From a virus: a stretch of 64,000 nt of DNA. Every line of letters begins with the position of its first letter. The stretch's first letter is position 1. The stretch spans positions 32,001-96,000 of IMG/VR virus record IMGVR_UViG_3300037808_001516. One strand, 5' to 3'. The notes beneath the pieces are model-generated. The model had not been told where the DNA came from, did not search any database, and saw nothing but the letters and a program-made list of their open reading frames with translations. Shown one piece after another: positions 57,279 to 64,000 of this stretch. The translations under genes were made by a program, and so were the position numbers.

Positions 57279-60200
57279 ATGGCTTATGAAATAAGTTCTT
57301 CCGTCGCAAACTCTACTTTCGCTATTCAGGGGGTGACCTCATCCGTTACAAACGGATTCGAGCAAGGCGGCAAGTTTAGCCCAGACGGAACGAAATTGGC
57401 TGTGGGCACATATCGCCATGGCGGAGCCGGATCAACGGACTATGGTATAGACATCTATACCTCAGCCTCATCTGGCGGATGGACTCGAACAGAATCCATC
57501 GACACCGGAACCAGCGGCCCCGGGGCCCACATGGAGTGGTACTCAGCCACTAATATCTTTGCGATTGTTGGAAACAACATCAAAAACTTTCTCAGTGGCG
57601 CTTCTGGTTGGTCAGCCGGTCAGGTTAACGTTGCAACTGGTGGTGATCGTTACTTTGAATTCAACCCAAGTAAAACGATTCTCGCAACATGGAAAGGTAC
57701 AGACCAAAACTGGAGGTCTATCTATTCAGGCTCAGGAAACTGGACTTCAACATCAGACCAGTCCGCAGGCAGCTATGGCGACCTGCAGAGTTTGGCTTGG
57801 ATATCTGATGATGTTATCGCTTTAGGTTATCCAGAGAACTCATCCTACAGAGGTATCTTGTTGACTTACAAGACAACTAACGGTGGCTCTAGCTATAGCA
57901 TGGCTGAATATCTGAATGGCGATTCAGTCCAGTTGCCAGGTATGGGTGCTGCTTTGTATTATCACACGTCGAGCAACGCTCTTCTCGTGGGAACACGCGC
58001 CGCTGCAGCTGACACTGAGAATGCTAAAAACAAGCTAATCTTGATCCAGTCAGGTTCTGAAGGTCACCTACCTGCGAGCTATACCTCTCACACGGTTATA
58101 GACTCTGGTAAAAGACCGATAGACGGCTTTCAGACTGCACCACAGTCTGGAAACGGTGATAGAGTGCTCATGGTTACCCATGATGACGGTGCTGACGATG
58201 CTGACTTGTTAGCAATCGAATCCGGATCGGCCGGATGGAAAGTTACAGTAATCGATGATAACATTCAAGGCCCAAGTTCGGAAGGTAATATTGATATATC
58301 ATCTCTCGGTGCTGTTGTTTCGAATGACATTGGAAACGGCTCCGGCCAGGCTACCTTTGTAGTCAGGCAGATGATATCTGCAGACCCAGCACTTGCATCT
58401 ACTGTTGCATCGACTGTTGGCAGTTCCGGAGGAACCGTTAAGGCAGGTGGTACTAATTCATCCCCTGTAGGTCAGGTTGTAATACCGTCAAACGCGCTTG
58501 GCGGTAATGTGTCCGTCAGTGTTGATACCGCGCATGCGTCGTCGTCCGTCAAATTAGGCTTAAGAACGCTAGGAGAAGCTTCTAGTAATATAATTCGCCT
58601 AACGCCACATGGCACAAAGTTTAGTTCAGCAGTTACAGTTACGATTCGTTTGAAAGATGGAGCTTCAACCGACAACTTACAGTTGTTGAAAAGAAACAGT
58701 GAAACCGGACAATGGTATGATACCGGAGTCAGCTTATCTGTTTCTTCAGGCACAGTATCTTTCACCACTACTAGCTTTAGTGATTATATAATAATAGGAG
58801 GACAAAAAGTGGCTAGAACAAAAATAAATAATATACAATTAGATAGATTAGAGAGGGCAAACTCGGTCTTAGCTTCGGCTTTGAACCTTACAGCTTCGGC
58901 AAACACAGTTGCACTGGATGTGATTGATTCAGACAGATTTTTACTGCAATCAGCAAGTGGAGAATCTCAGATAGTCTCAGCATCGGCTATAGCAACATAT
59001 ATGGCAACAAAGGTACAGCCTACCCATATCCAAACAACGGATACGGACACAGCAGGGACATATAGAGTCACGTTTACAGACTCAACAGACACAGATACTA
59101 CATCACAAATCTTTACTGATGGTGATCTAGTTTTTAATGCAGGAACAAATGCTTTAAGCATGGCAATCCTGTCAGCATCATCAGATATCAGCGGCTCAGC
59201 TGCACTTTTCGTAGGATCTAGTGCAACCGTTAATAATGGGCTCACAGTCACTGCTGGTGGCGCAACAGTTACAGCGGGCGGACTTACCGTCTCGGCTGGC
59301 GGAGCAAGCATAACAGGACCAGTAACTTCATCTGCAGCTGTAAGGACCGGTGCAGGCTTGATTACTGGTCAATCTATTTTGGACATTGGTACAGACAGTG
59401 ATCCTGATGCACTAAGAGTTGGTTCAAGTAATGTTAATGTTTCATTGTCTCTTGAGTCGAGTGGTCCATCCTCCGGTGCATTTACTGTAGCCGGCGGCGT
59501 CGGTATCGGCGACGACCTTTTCGTCGGTAATGAAATATCTGGTTCTGGTGATCTTAAAGCAGGAACCATCACCATGGCGGAATTCACTGTTGCTAGAAAT
59601 GGTAACACTGATATTGATGGTACCTTGAACGTTGAAGGTGTTCCAACTTTTCAAGCTGGTGCAGTCTTTTCGTCCGGTATTACAACCGCAGGTGCAATTG
59701 CAGGGGCAACAACAATCTCTGGTTCGAGCACAATCTCAGGCCATGCCTTGGATATCGAAACGGATGCAAACGTCGCAGGTGACCTTACTGTTGTTGGTGA
59801 TCTTGTAATTCAGGGCGCCACAACAACGATTGAAACCACAAATCTTCTCGTGGAAGATAGCTTGATTGAGATCGCCCGCGGCAATGGCGGCTCTAGAGCA
59901 TCCAATGCAGGAGCTGGTCTCTTTATTTCTGGTACATTGGCTAACGATGTTTCACTTACTGTACAAGGCAGCGGCGGACGACTTAGAGTCAGCGGTTCCA
60001 CCCCTGGTTTTGATACTGTGTTTGGCGGTTCTTACGCCATCAACGGAAGCTCGGTCCTCAACAACACAACACTTGGAAGCTCTGTTGTTAATTCAAGCTT
60101 GACTTCCCTCGGGACACAAGCAGAAGCGTTGAACATGGGCTCTCAGGGCATTACTGCTGCTGGCGCAATCGCTGGTGCATCAACTGTATCTGGTTCTGGT

Positions 60201-61331
60201 CTTGCATCTGCAGGTGGCGGTCTCGCTGCCGGCTTTGGTAGCCAGTTCACCGTAAGCAACGCAGGCGCAGTTGTCGCGGCTAGTTTGAATAACAGCGCTG
60301 GTGGAATCACCAACGCTGGATCGATCAACGGCGCAACTACTATTTCTGGCTCTGGCCAGTTATCTTTAGCAGTTGGGATTAGTGCTGCAAACGAAAACTT
60401 CACTGTAAGCAGTGCAGGCGCAGTTGTTGCTGCTAGTTTGAACAACAGCAACGGCGGCATTACCAACGCTGGTTCAATTGCTGGCGCAACTAGTGTTGAC
60501 GGTTCAGGTGATCTTACCATGGGTACAATCACGATGACTGGCTTCGCTGTTGATGCAGACGGTGACACTGCTCTCAAGAGTCTTACTGTTGATGATGGAT
60601 CGACAATCGGTACAGACAGCGACTCAGACATGCTGACTCTTACCAATGGTTCTGACATCACCGTTGCTTCAGACCTTGATCTTGTTGTTAGCGAAGGTAA
60701 ACTTAAGCTTGGCTCTACAGCAGTAACTTCTACTGCTGCAGAACTCAACTTGCTTGATGGTGTATCCGGTCTCGTCCAAGCTGACTTTACTAAGTTGGCA
60801 GCGGTTGACGCGACTGCTGCAGAACTCAACTTGCTTGACGCTTCTGCAGGATCCGATACGGCTCTTGCTTCTGGCGACGGTGTCATTTTTGGTGATGCAT
60901 CAGACAGCAACAACACTAAGAAGGCTACAATGCAAAACGTTGCAGACCTTTTGGGCGCTGGTGATGGCTTGCAGGTTAACGACTCAACCGCTGCAATCAG
61001 AATTGATTATGTCAACGACATTTTCTCTTCAGCATCACACATGAACGCTGGATTGTCATACGATATGATAACAGCATCTTTAAGTGCAACACCATTATCA
61101 TCATCATTGCAGGTTTACCTCAATGGTATGCTTCAGGTTGTTTCTGGAGCTGTCGACATCAGTGGCTCTTCTTCAGGTGTATATACTCCTGTTTCTGCTT
61201 TTGACTATAAGCTTTCCGACGGATCAAGTGAATTTGGTCTTGGAAATGCTATGGACACAGCTACTAAAGTTATCTTCGCAGAGCCAATTGACAATGATGA
61301 CGTAGTACAAATCAAGTACATCAAAAAATAA
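57279..61331 (+). CDS. Large fibre/appendage protein: beta-propeller-like + ZU5-like + repetitive shaft + C-terminal Ig-like module
   Basis: AGGAGG SD; WD-like blades (FSPDGTKLAVG, FEFNPSKTILA); ZU5-like VGSSGGTV...VVIPSNAL...IRLTPHGTKFSSAVTVTI...TTSFS; G/S/A/T repeats; AAELNLLD fibre repeats; LQVYLNGMLQ...DY...D.VQIKY end. Confidence 0.7.
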   Translation: MAYEISSSVANSTFAIQGVTSSVTNGFEQGGKFSPDGTKLAVGTYRHGGAGSTDYGIDIYTSASSGGWTRTESIDTGTSGPGAHMEWYSATNIFAIVGNNIKNFLSGASGWSAGQVNVATGGDRYFEFNPSKTILATWKGTDQNWRSIYSGSGNWTSTSDQSAGSYGDLQSLAWISDDVIALGYPENSSYRGILLTYKTTNGGSSYSMAEYLNGDSVQLPGMGAALYYHTSSNALLVGTRAAAADTENAKNKLILIQSGSEGHLPASYTSHTVIDSGKRPIDGFQTAPQSGNGDRVLMVTHDDGADDADLLAIESGSAGWKVTVIDDNIQGPSSEGNIDISSLGAVVSNDIGNGSGQATFVVRQMISADPALASTVASTVGSSGGTVKAGGTNSSPVGQVVIPSNALGGNVSVSVDTAHASSSVKLGLRTLGEASSNIIRLTPHGTKFSSAVTVTIRLKDGASTDNLQLLKRNSETGQWYDTGVSLSVSSGTVSFTTTSFSDYIIIGGQKVARTKINNIQLDRLERANSVLASALNLTASANTVALDVIDSDRFLLQSASGESQIVSASAIATYMATKVQPTHIQTTDTDTAGTYRVTFTDSTDTDTTSQIFTDGDLVFNAGTNALSMAILSASSDISGSAALFVGSSATVNNGLTVTAGGATVTAGGLTVSAGGASITGPVTSSAAVRTGAGLITGQSILDIGTDSDPDALRVGSSNVNVSLSLESSGPSSGAFTVAGGVGIGDDLFVGNEISGSGDLKAGTITMAEFTVARNGNTDIDGTLNVEGVPTFQAGAVFSSGITTAGAIAGATTISGSSTISGHALDIETDANVAGDLTVVGDLVIQGATTTIETTNLLVEDSLIEIARGNGGSRASNAGAGLFISGTLANDVSLTVQGSGGRLRVSGSTPGFDTVFGGSYAINGSSVLNNTTLGSSVVNSSLTSLGTQAEALNMGSQGITAAGAIAGASTVSGSGLASAGGGLAAGFGSQFTVSNAGAVVAASLNNSAGGITNAGSINGATTISGSGQLSLAVGISAANENFTVSSAGAVVAASLNNSNGGITNAGSIAGATSVDGSGDLTMGTITMTGFAVDADGDTALKSLTVDDGSTIGTDSDSDMLTLTNGSDITVASDLDLVVSEGKLKLGSTAVTSTAAELNLLDGVSGLVQADFTKLAAVDATAAELNLLDASAGSDTALASGDGVIFGDASDSNNTKKATMQNVADLLGAGDGLQVNDSTAAIRIDYVNDIFSSASHMNAGLSYDMITASLSATPLSSSLQVYLNGMLQVVSGAVDISGSSSGVYTPVSAFDYKLSDGSSEFGLGNAMDTATKVIFAEPIDNDDVVQIKYIKK
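58809..61331 (+). CDS. Nested in-frame product (840 aa) from an internal GTG start
   Basis: AGGAGG at 58796-58801, 7 nt before in-frame GTG 58809 (Val511), preceded by an AT-rich stretch; would read MARTKINNIQLDRL. Confidence 0.6.
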   Translation: MARTKINNIQLDRLERANSVLASALNLTASANTVALDVIDSDRFLLQSASGESQIVSASAIATYMATKVQPTHIQTTDTDTAGTYRVTFTDSTDTDTTSQIFTDGDLVFNAGTNALSMAILSASSDISGSAALFVGSSATVNNGLTVTAGGATVTAGGLTVSAGGASITGPVTSSAAVRTGAGLITGQSILDIGTDSDPDALRVGSSNVNVSLSLESSGPSSGAFTVAGGVGIGDDLFVGNEISGSGDLKAGTITMAEFTVARNGNTDIDGTLNVEGVPTFQAGAVFSSGITTAGAIAGATTISGSSTISGHALDIETDANVAGDLTVVGDLVIQGATTTIETTNLLVEDSLIEIARGNGGSRASNAGAGLFISGTLANDVSLTVQGSGGRLRVSGSTPGFDTVFGGSYAINGSSVLNNTTLGSSVVNSSLTSLGTQAEALNMGSQGITAAGAIAGASTVSGSGLASAGGGLAAGFGSQFTVSNAGAVVAASLNNSAGGITNAGSINGATTISGSGQLSLAVGISAANENFTVSSAGAVVAASLNNSNGGITNAGSIAGATSVDGSGDLTMGTITMTGFAVDADGDTALKSLTVDDGSTIGTDSDSDMLTLTNGSDITVASDLDLVVSEGKLKLGSTAVTSTAAELNLLDGVSGLVQADFTKLAAVDATAAELNLLDASAGSDTALASGDGVIFGDASDSNNTKKATMQNVADLLGAGDGLQVNDSTAAIRIDYVNDIFSSASHMNAGLSYDMITASLSATPLSSSLQVYLNGMLQVVSGAVDISGSSSGVYTPVSAFDYKLSDGSSEFGLGNAMDTATKVIFAEPIDNDDVVQIKYIKK
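60246..60492 (+). repeat. Internal duplication with 153-bp (51-aa) period in the fibre shaft
   Basis: FTVS.AGAVVAASLNNS.GGITNAGSI.GAT at 60246 and 60399; related GIT.AG.IAGA.T.SGS units occur upstream. Confidence 0.8.
60732..60838 (+). repeat. 26-bp exact direct repeat encoding TAAELNLLD
   Basis: ACTGCTGCAGAACTCAACTTGCTTGA at 60732-60757 and 60813-60838. Confidence 0.85.
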
Positions 61332-61355
61332 TTGATCCCACCATAATTCCCACCT

Positions 61356-61388
61356 AAGCCCGCCTTTTTGGCGGGCTTTTCTTTTTCT
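61356..61388 (+). terminator. Intrinsic terminator
   Basis: AAGCCCGCC-TTTTT-GGCGGGCTT followed by TTCTTTTTC after the fibre gene. Confidence 0.88.
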
Positions 61389-61390
61389 TA

Positions 61391-61420
61391 TTTCCTTTGC
61401 GCAAAGGAAAAACTATTTAT
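61391..61420 (+). promoter_or_regulatory. Perfect 20-bp palindrome abutting late promoter ACTATTTAT
   Basis: TTTCCTTTGCGCAAAGGAAA (61391-61410), motif at 61412-61420, upstream of the sheath gene. Confidence 0.65.
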
Positions 61421-61464
61421 TAAGTAAAATAACATTTATCTTGATCCGCAAAGGAGATATTAAC

Positions 61465-64000
61465 ATGGCATCTAGAAAGTTTAGATTCGTTTCACCAGGA
61501 GTATTCCTCAAAGAAATAGACAATTCACAACTCCCAAGGACACCCGAAGGTGTCGGACCAGTGATTATCGGTAGAACCCGAAAAGGCCCATCAATGAAGC
61601 CTTATAAAGTTCGTTCATTAGAAGAGTTTGAAAGGGTATTTGGCAAGCCAATGCCCGGAAACCAGGGAGAAGACCCTTGGAGAGATGGTACCGGCCTTTT
61701 AGCTGAATCTTACTTGCCGTATGCTGCAAGGGCTTATTTGTCCGCAGATATTGATTCACCAGTTACAGTAATAAGACTTGCTGGTGTCGCCGGCGACGAT
61801 GCCGCTGCCGACGGAGCAGGCGAGCCAGGCTGGGAAGCATCAAACGCTTGGGGCTTATTTGTAATGCCCAAAGATTTCAGCGCATCCGCCGCTGATCTAG
61901 AATTAGCTGCAATATTTTACGGAGCAACAGACTCGACGGCCTCCGATTTTGGAATAAAAACAAAGGGTATACACGCTTCTGGTGGAGCAGGCACAGCCGG
62001 AGGAAGTGATATATTAACAGTAAACAATACAGGAACTCAGCTTGGAACCGACGGTCGTTTCACGGTTCAGCTTTCAGCTTCATCCGGAACAAGAGAGATT
62101 TCATTTGCATTCGAAGATATAAGAAAAGATTTTAACACAAACCCAGTAATGACGAATACAACAATCTCTTCTGTCGCATCCGGCACCCTAGCAGAACATT
62201 ATTGGCTGGGTGAGACTTTTGAAGAAAACTACAGAAAAGTTTCATCATCAGCCGGCCAGAATGGGTTGGTCGCGGTAGCGATGCAGTTAACAGATCTGAT
62301 GGACGATTTTAAGAGCTTGGAGCACGGCCTAACCGAGGCTAGAAGTGGCTGGGTTTTTGGAAACGATACCTCTGGGAACCCCTCTGCCTTTTCGGAAGCT
62401 AATCAGCAGAAGCTTTTTAGAATTATTTCAATCCAGGAAGGTTTTGAAGCAAGTAGGGACTTGTTGATTGGGATTGAGGATATCCGACCAGCACGCCCGG
62501 GTGCATTTGAGCGCTTTGGCACGTTCTCTGTAGTAGTGAAAAGAATAACTCCGTCAAATGTTGTGGAAATAGAAAGATTTGATGGATTAAATCTAAATCC
62601 AGAGTCAGCCAACTTCATCGCAAGACGAATTGGGGATGTTTATATGGAATGGGACTCTGTACAGAAGAGAAACAAGATGTACGGAAGCAATTTGAATATT
62701 TCAGAATTTATCAGAGTTGAAATGAACTCTGAAATAGAGGTCCAGGGTGGCCCTATAAATGTTGAAACAGTGCCGTTTGGTTTTTATGGCCCAATCGTCC
62801 CTAAAACTGAAGCAAAGGCAGTGGCGGGCACAGGTGGCGTAGCTTCCGTGGGTAGCTTCAAGGCCCTAGATGCATTTAACGCTACTGGAGCAAATGGCCG
62901 CACATTTAGAATTAAAACAGTGGCCAATACAACTGGGTTAGTGTTCGAACTCAAATCAGATCTGACTTCCGCAGCCGCGGCATCATCAAATGCTGCAGGT
63001 CAGGACAATGAAGCGGCACCAAAGGTTGGAACCAACGGAATTAGTGCAGGTGATAACGCGGCATTTGCAGCTGCAGTAAAGGCAGCAATTGAAGGGTCAA
63101 CATTAGCGTCAGATTTAACGGTATCCGCGGTTGTTGCAGACGGCTCCGACTCTGTGATAACGATAACACAAAAAACCTTAGGTGCTGTAACTACTGCAGC
63201 ACATGAGACCGCAGCCGATGGGAATCACTTTACGATCACAGAAACAAACGCCGGAAATAACCCGGAGTTTCTTGTCTCGCCAGGCTTTTCGACTTGGGCA
63301 ACGGCCGAAGTTTCATTATCTGGAGCGGTAGCTGATTCATCTGATATAAGTCTTAAGTGGCCACCAGCACCGCTTGTTGCAACTGGGTCAAAAGAACCAG
63401 GTCAATCAGCAGGGTATATGTTTGGTGTTACTCCATTCAAACAAACTTACACCGGTGGAGCAGGAACTCCAACAAGAGAGATTAATAAGGGCTATGTTGA
63501 CTTTGTTAGAATAATGTCCGATTACGGAACCTTAATAGCAGATCAGACGTCAGGAATCGACGGCACCAACGGCGAAGCACCTTATAAGTTTACATTGGAT
63601 GAAGTTATTATTACACCTAAGACTGGAGTCACACACGCAAATCTAACAGGCCCAGGTGAAGTGAAGTCTGCAGTGTACACTACAGGATCACGTACTGCAT
63701 CCGCCGCCGGCGGTATAGCCGCCTCGTGGACTCAGCACGTCGATAAATCAGGCTCATGTGATATTAGAACTTTACTTGATATTGTTGGCGGCTTTAATAT
63801 GCCACTCGCCGGCGGCTCCGATGGTGTTAACATTATAGAAGCAGATCCATTTAATATGGGAGTTGTAGACGCCGACGCGACAACTGCAACATCTTATGCT
63901 TTCGCATCCATAGACAGAGCGATTGAGATGATAAGGGACCCAGAACTGATAGAACATAACCTCGCTGCAATGCCTGGTGTCACAAACACCACATTGACAA
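61465..64000 (+). CDS. Contractile tail sheath protein (gp18-like), partial at the window end
   Basis: AAGGAG SD; MASRKFRFVSPGVFLKEIDNSQ...VIIGRTRKGP..P.KVRSLEEFERVFG sheath N-terminus; later ERFDGLNLNPESANFIARRIGD and LAGGSDG. Absent from the ORF track, consistent with no stop in the window. Confidence 0.9.
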   Translation, partial: MASRKFRFVSPGVFLKEIDNSQLPRTPEGVGPVIIGRTRKGPSMKPYKVRSLEEFERVFGKPMPGNQGEDPWRDGTGLLAESYLPYAARAYLSADIDSPVTVIRLAGVAGDDAAADGAGEPGWEASNAWGLFVMPKDFSASAADLELAAIFYGATDSTASDFGIKTKGIHASGGAGTAGGSDILTVNNTGTQLGTDGRFTVQLSASSGTREISFAFEDIRKDFNTNPVMTNTTISSVASGTLAEHYWLGETFEENYRKVSSSAGQNGLVAVAMQLTDLMDDFKSLEHGLTEARSGWVFGNDTSGNPSAFSEANQQKLFRIISIQEGFEASRDLLIGIEDIRPARPGAFERFGTFSVVVKRITPSNVVEIERFDGLNLNPESANFIARRIGDVYMEWDSVQKRNKMYGSNLNISEFIRVEMNSEIEVQGGPINVETVPFGFYGPIVPKTEAKAVAGTGGVASVGSFKALDAFNATGANGRTFRIKTVANTTGLVFELKSDLTSAAAASSNAAGQDNEAAPKVGTNGISAGDNAAFAAAVKAAIEGSTLASDLTVSAVVADGSDSVITITQKTLGAVTTAAHETAADGNHFTITETNAGNNPEFLVSPGFSTWATAEVSLSGAVADSSDISLKWPPAPLVATGSKEPGQSAGYMFGVTPFKQTYTGGAGTPTREINKGYVDFVRIMSDYGTLIADQTSGIDGTNGEAPYKFTLDEVIITPKTGVTHANLTGPGEVKSAVYTTGSRTASAAGGIAASWTQHVDKSGSCDIRTLLDIVGGFNMPLAGGSDGVNIIEADPFNMGVVDADATTATSYAFASIDRAIEMIRDPELIEHNLAAMPGVTNTTLT

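Noticed and set aside
60246-60838. Fibre repeats as a diversity-generating retroelement template/variable pair
   Set aside because: Repeats are short, in frame and differ at mixed synonymous positions rather than only at adenines; no reverse transcriptase in the window.
528-63957. The many minus-strand and short nested ORFs in the track (e.g. 60143..60916, 44120..44587)
   Set aside because: All are shadows of well-supported plus-strand genes, with no recognisable motifs; they reflect codon bias of the sense gene.
1-64000. Stop-codon reassignment, as seen in some large phages
   Set aside because: Very long ORFs are intact in the standard code, and TAA, TAG and TGA all end genes at tight junctions.
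1-64000. CRISPR arrays, tRNAs, rRNA, IS elements, introns or inteins
   Set aside because: No spaced repeats or intergenic room for RNA genes was seen; terminase, primase, portal and MCP are contiguous with no obvious splicing motifs.

Overview
The whole window is a gene-dense, single-strand (+) segment of a large T4-like myovirus (jumbo-phage style), about 40% GC, standard genetic code. It holds the morphogenesis cluster: baseplate spike, gp25/gp6/gp7-like wedge and giant baseplate proteins, terminase, portal, gp21-type prohead protease, scaffold, gp23-type major capsid, gp13/14/15-like neck and tail-completion proteins, a large fibre, and a tail sheath that runs off the end. An embedded island encodes a J-domain protein, a RuvC-like resolvase, a primase, a fused Mre11-Rad50 (SbcD-SbcC) and a holin/spanin-like trio. 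A phage ribosomal protein bS21 sits in the head module. Patterns not explained by the gene list: (1) a recurrent late-promoter candidate ACTATTTAT; (2) small late proteins sharing an N-terminal L-K-x-x-I-x-E-E...[IL]-x-E leader, a candidate capsid-targeting signal; (3) a repeated 'bare versus cargo-loaded' docking-domain design, including an in-frame internal start that splits the 1350-aa fibre right after a ZU5-like domain; (4) a pervasive [ST]-[GAS]-S tripeptide in exterior virion proteins, a candidate modification sequon; (5) over-represented GGCGCC/GCCGGC palindromes; (6) canonical SD and sigma70 signals, arguing against a Bacteroidetes host despite bS21. All family calls come from motif recognition by eye, with no database search.
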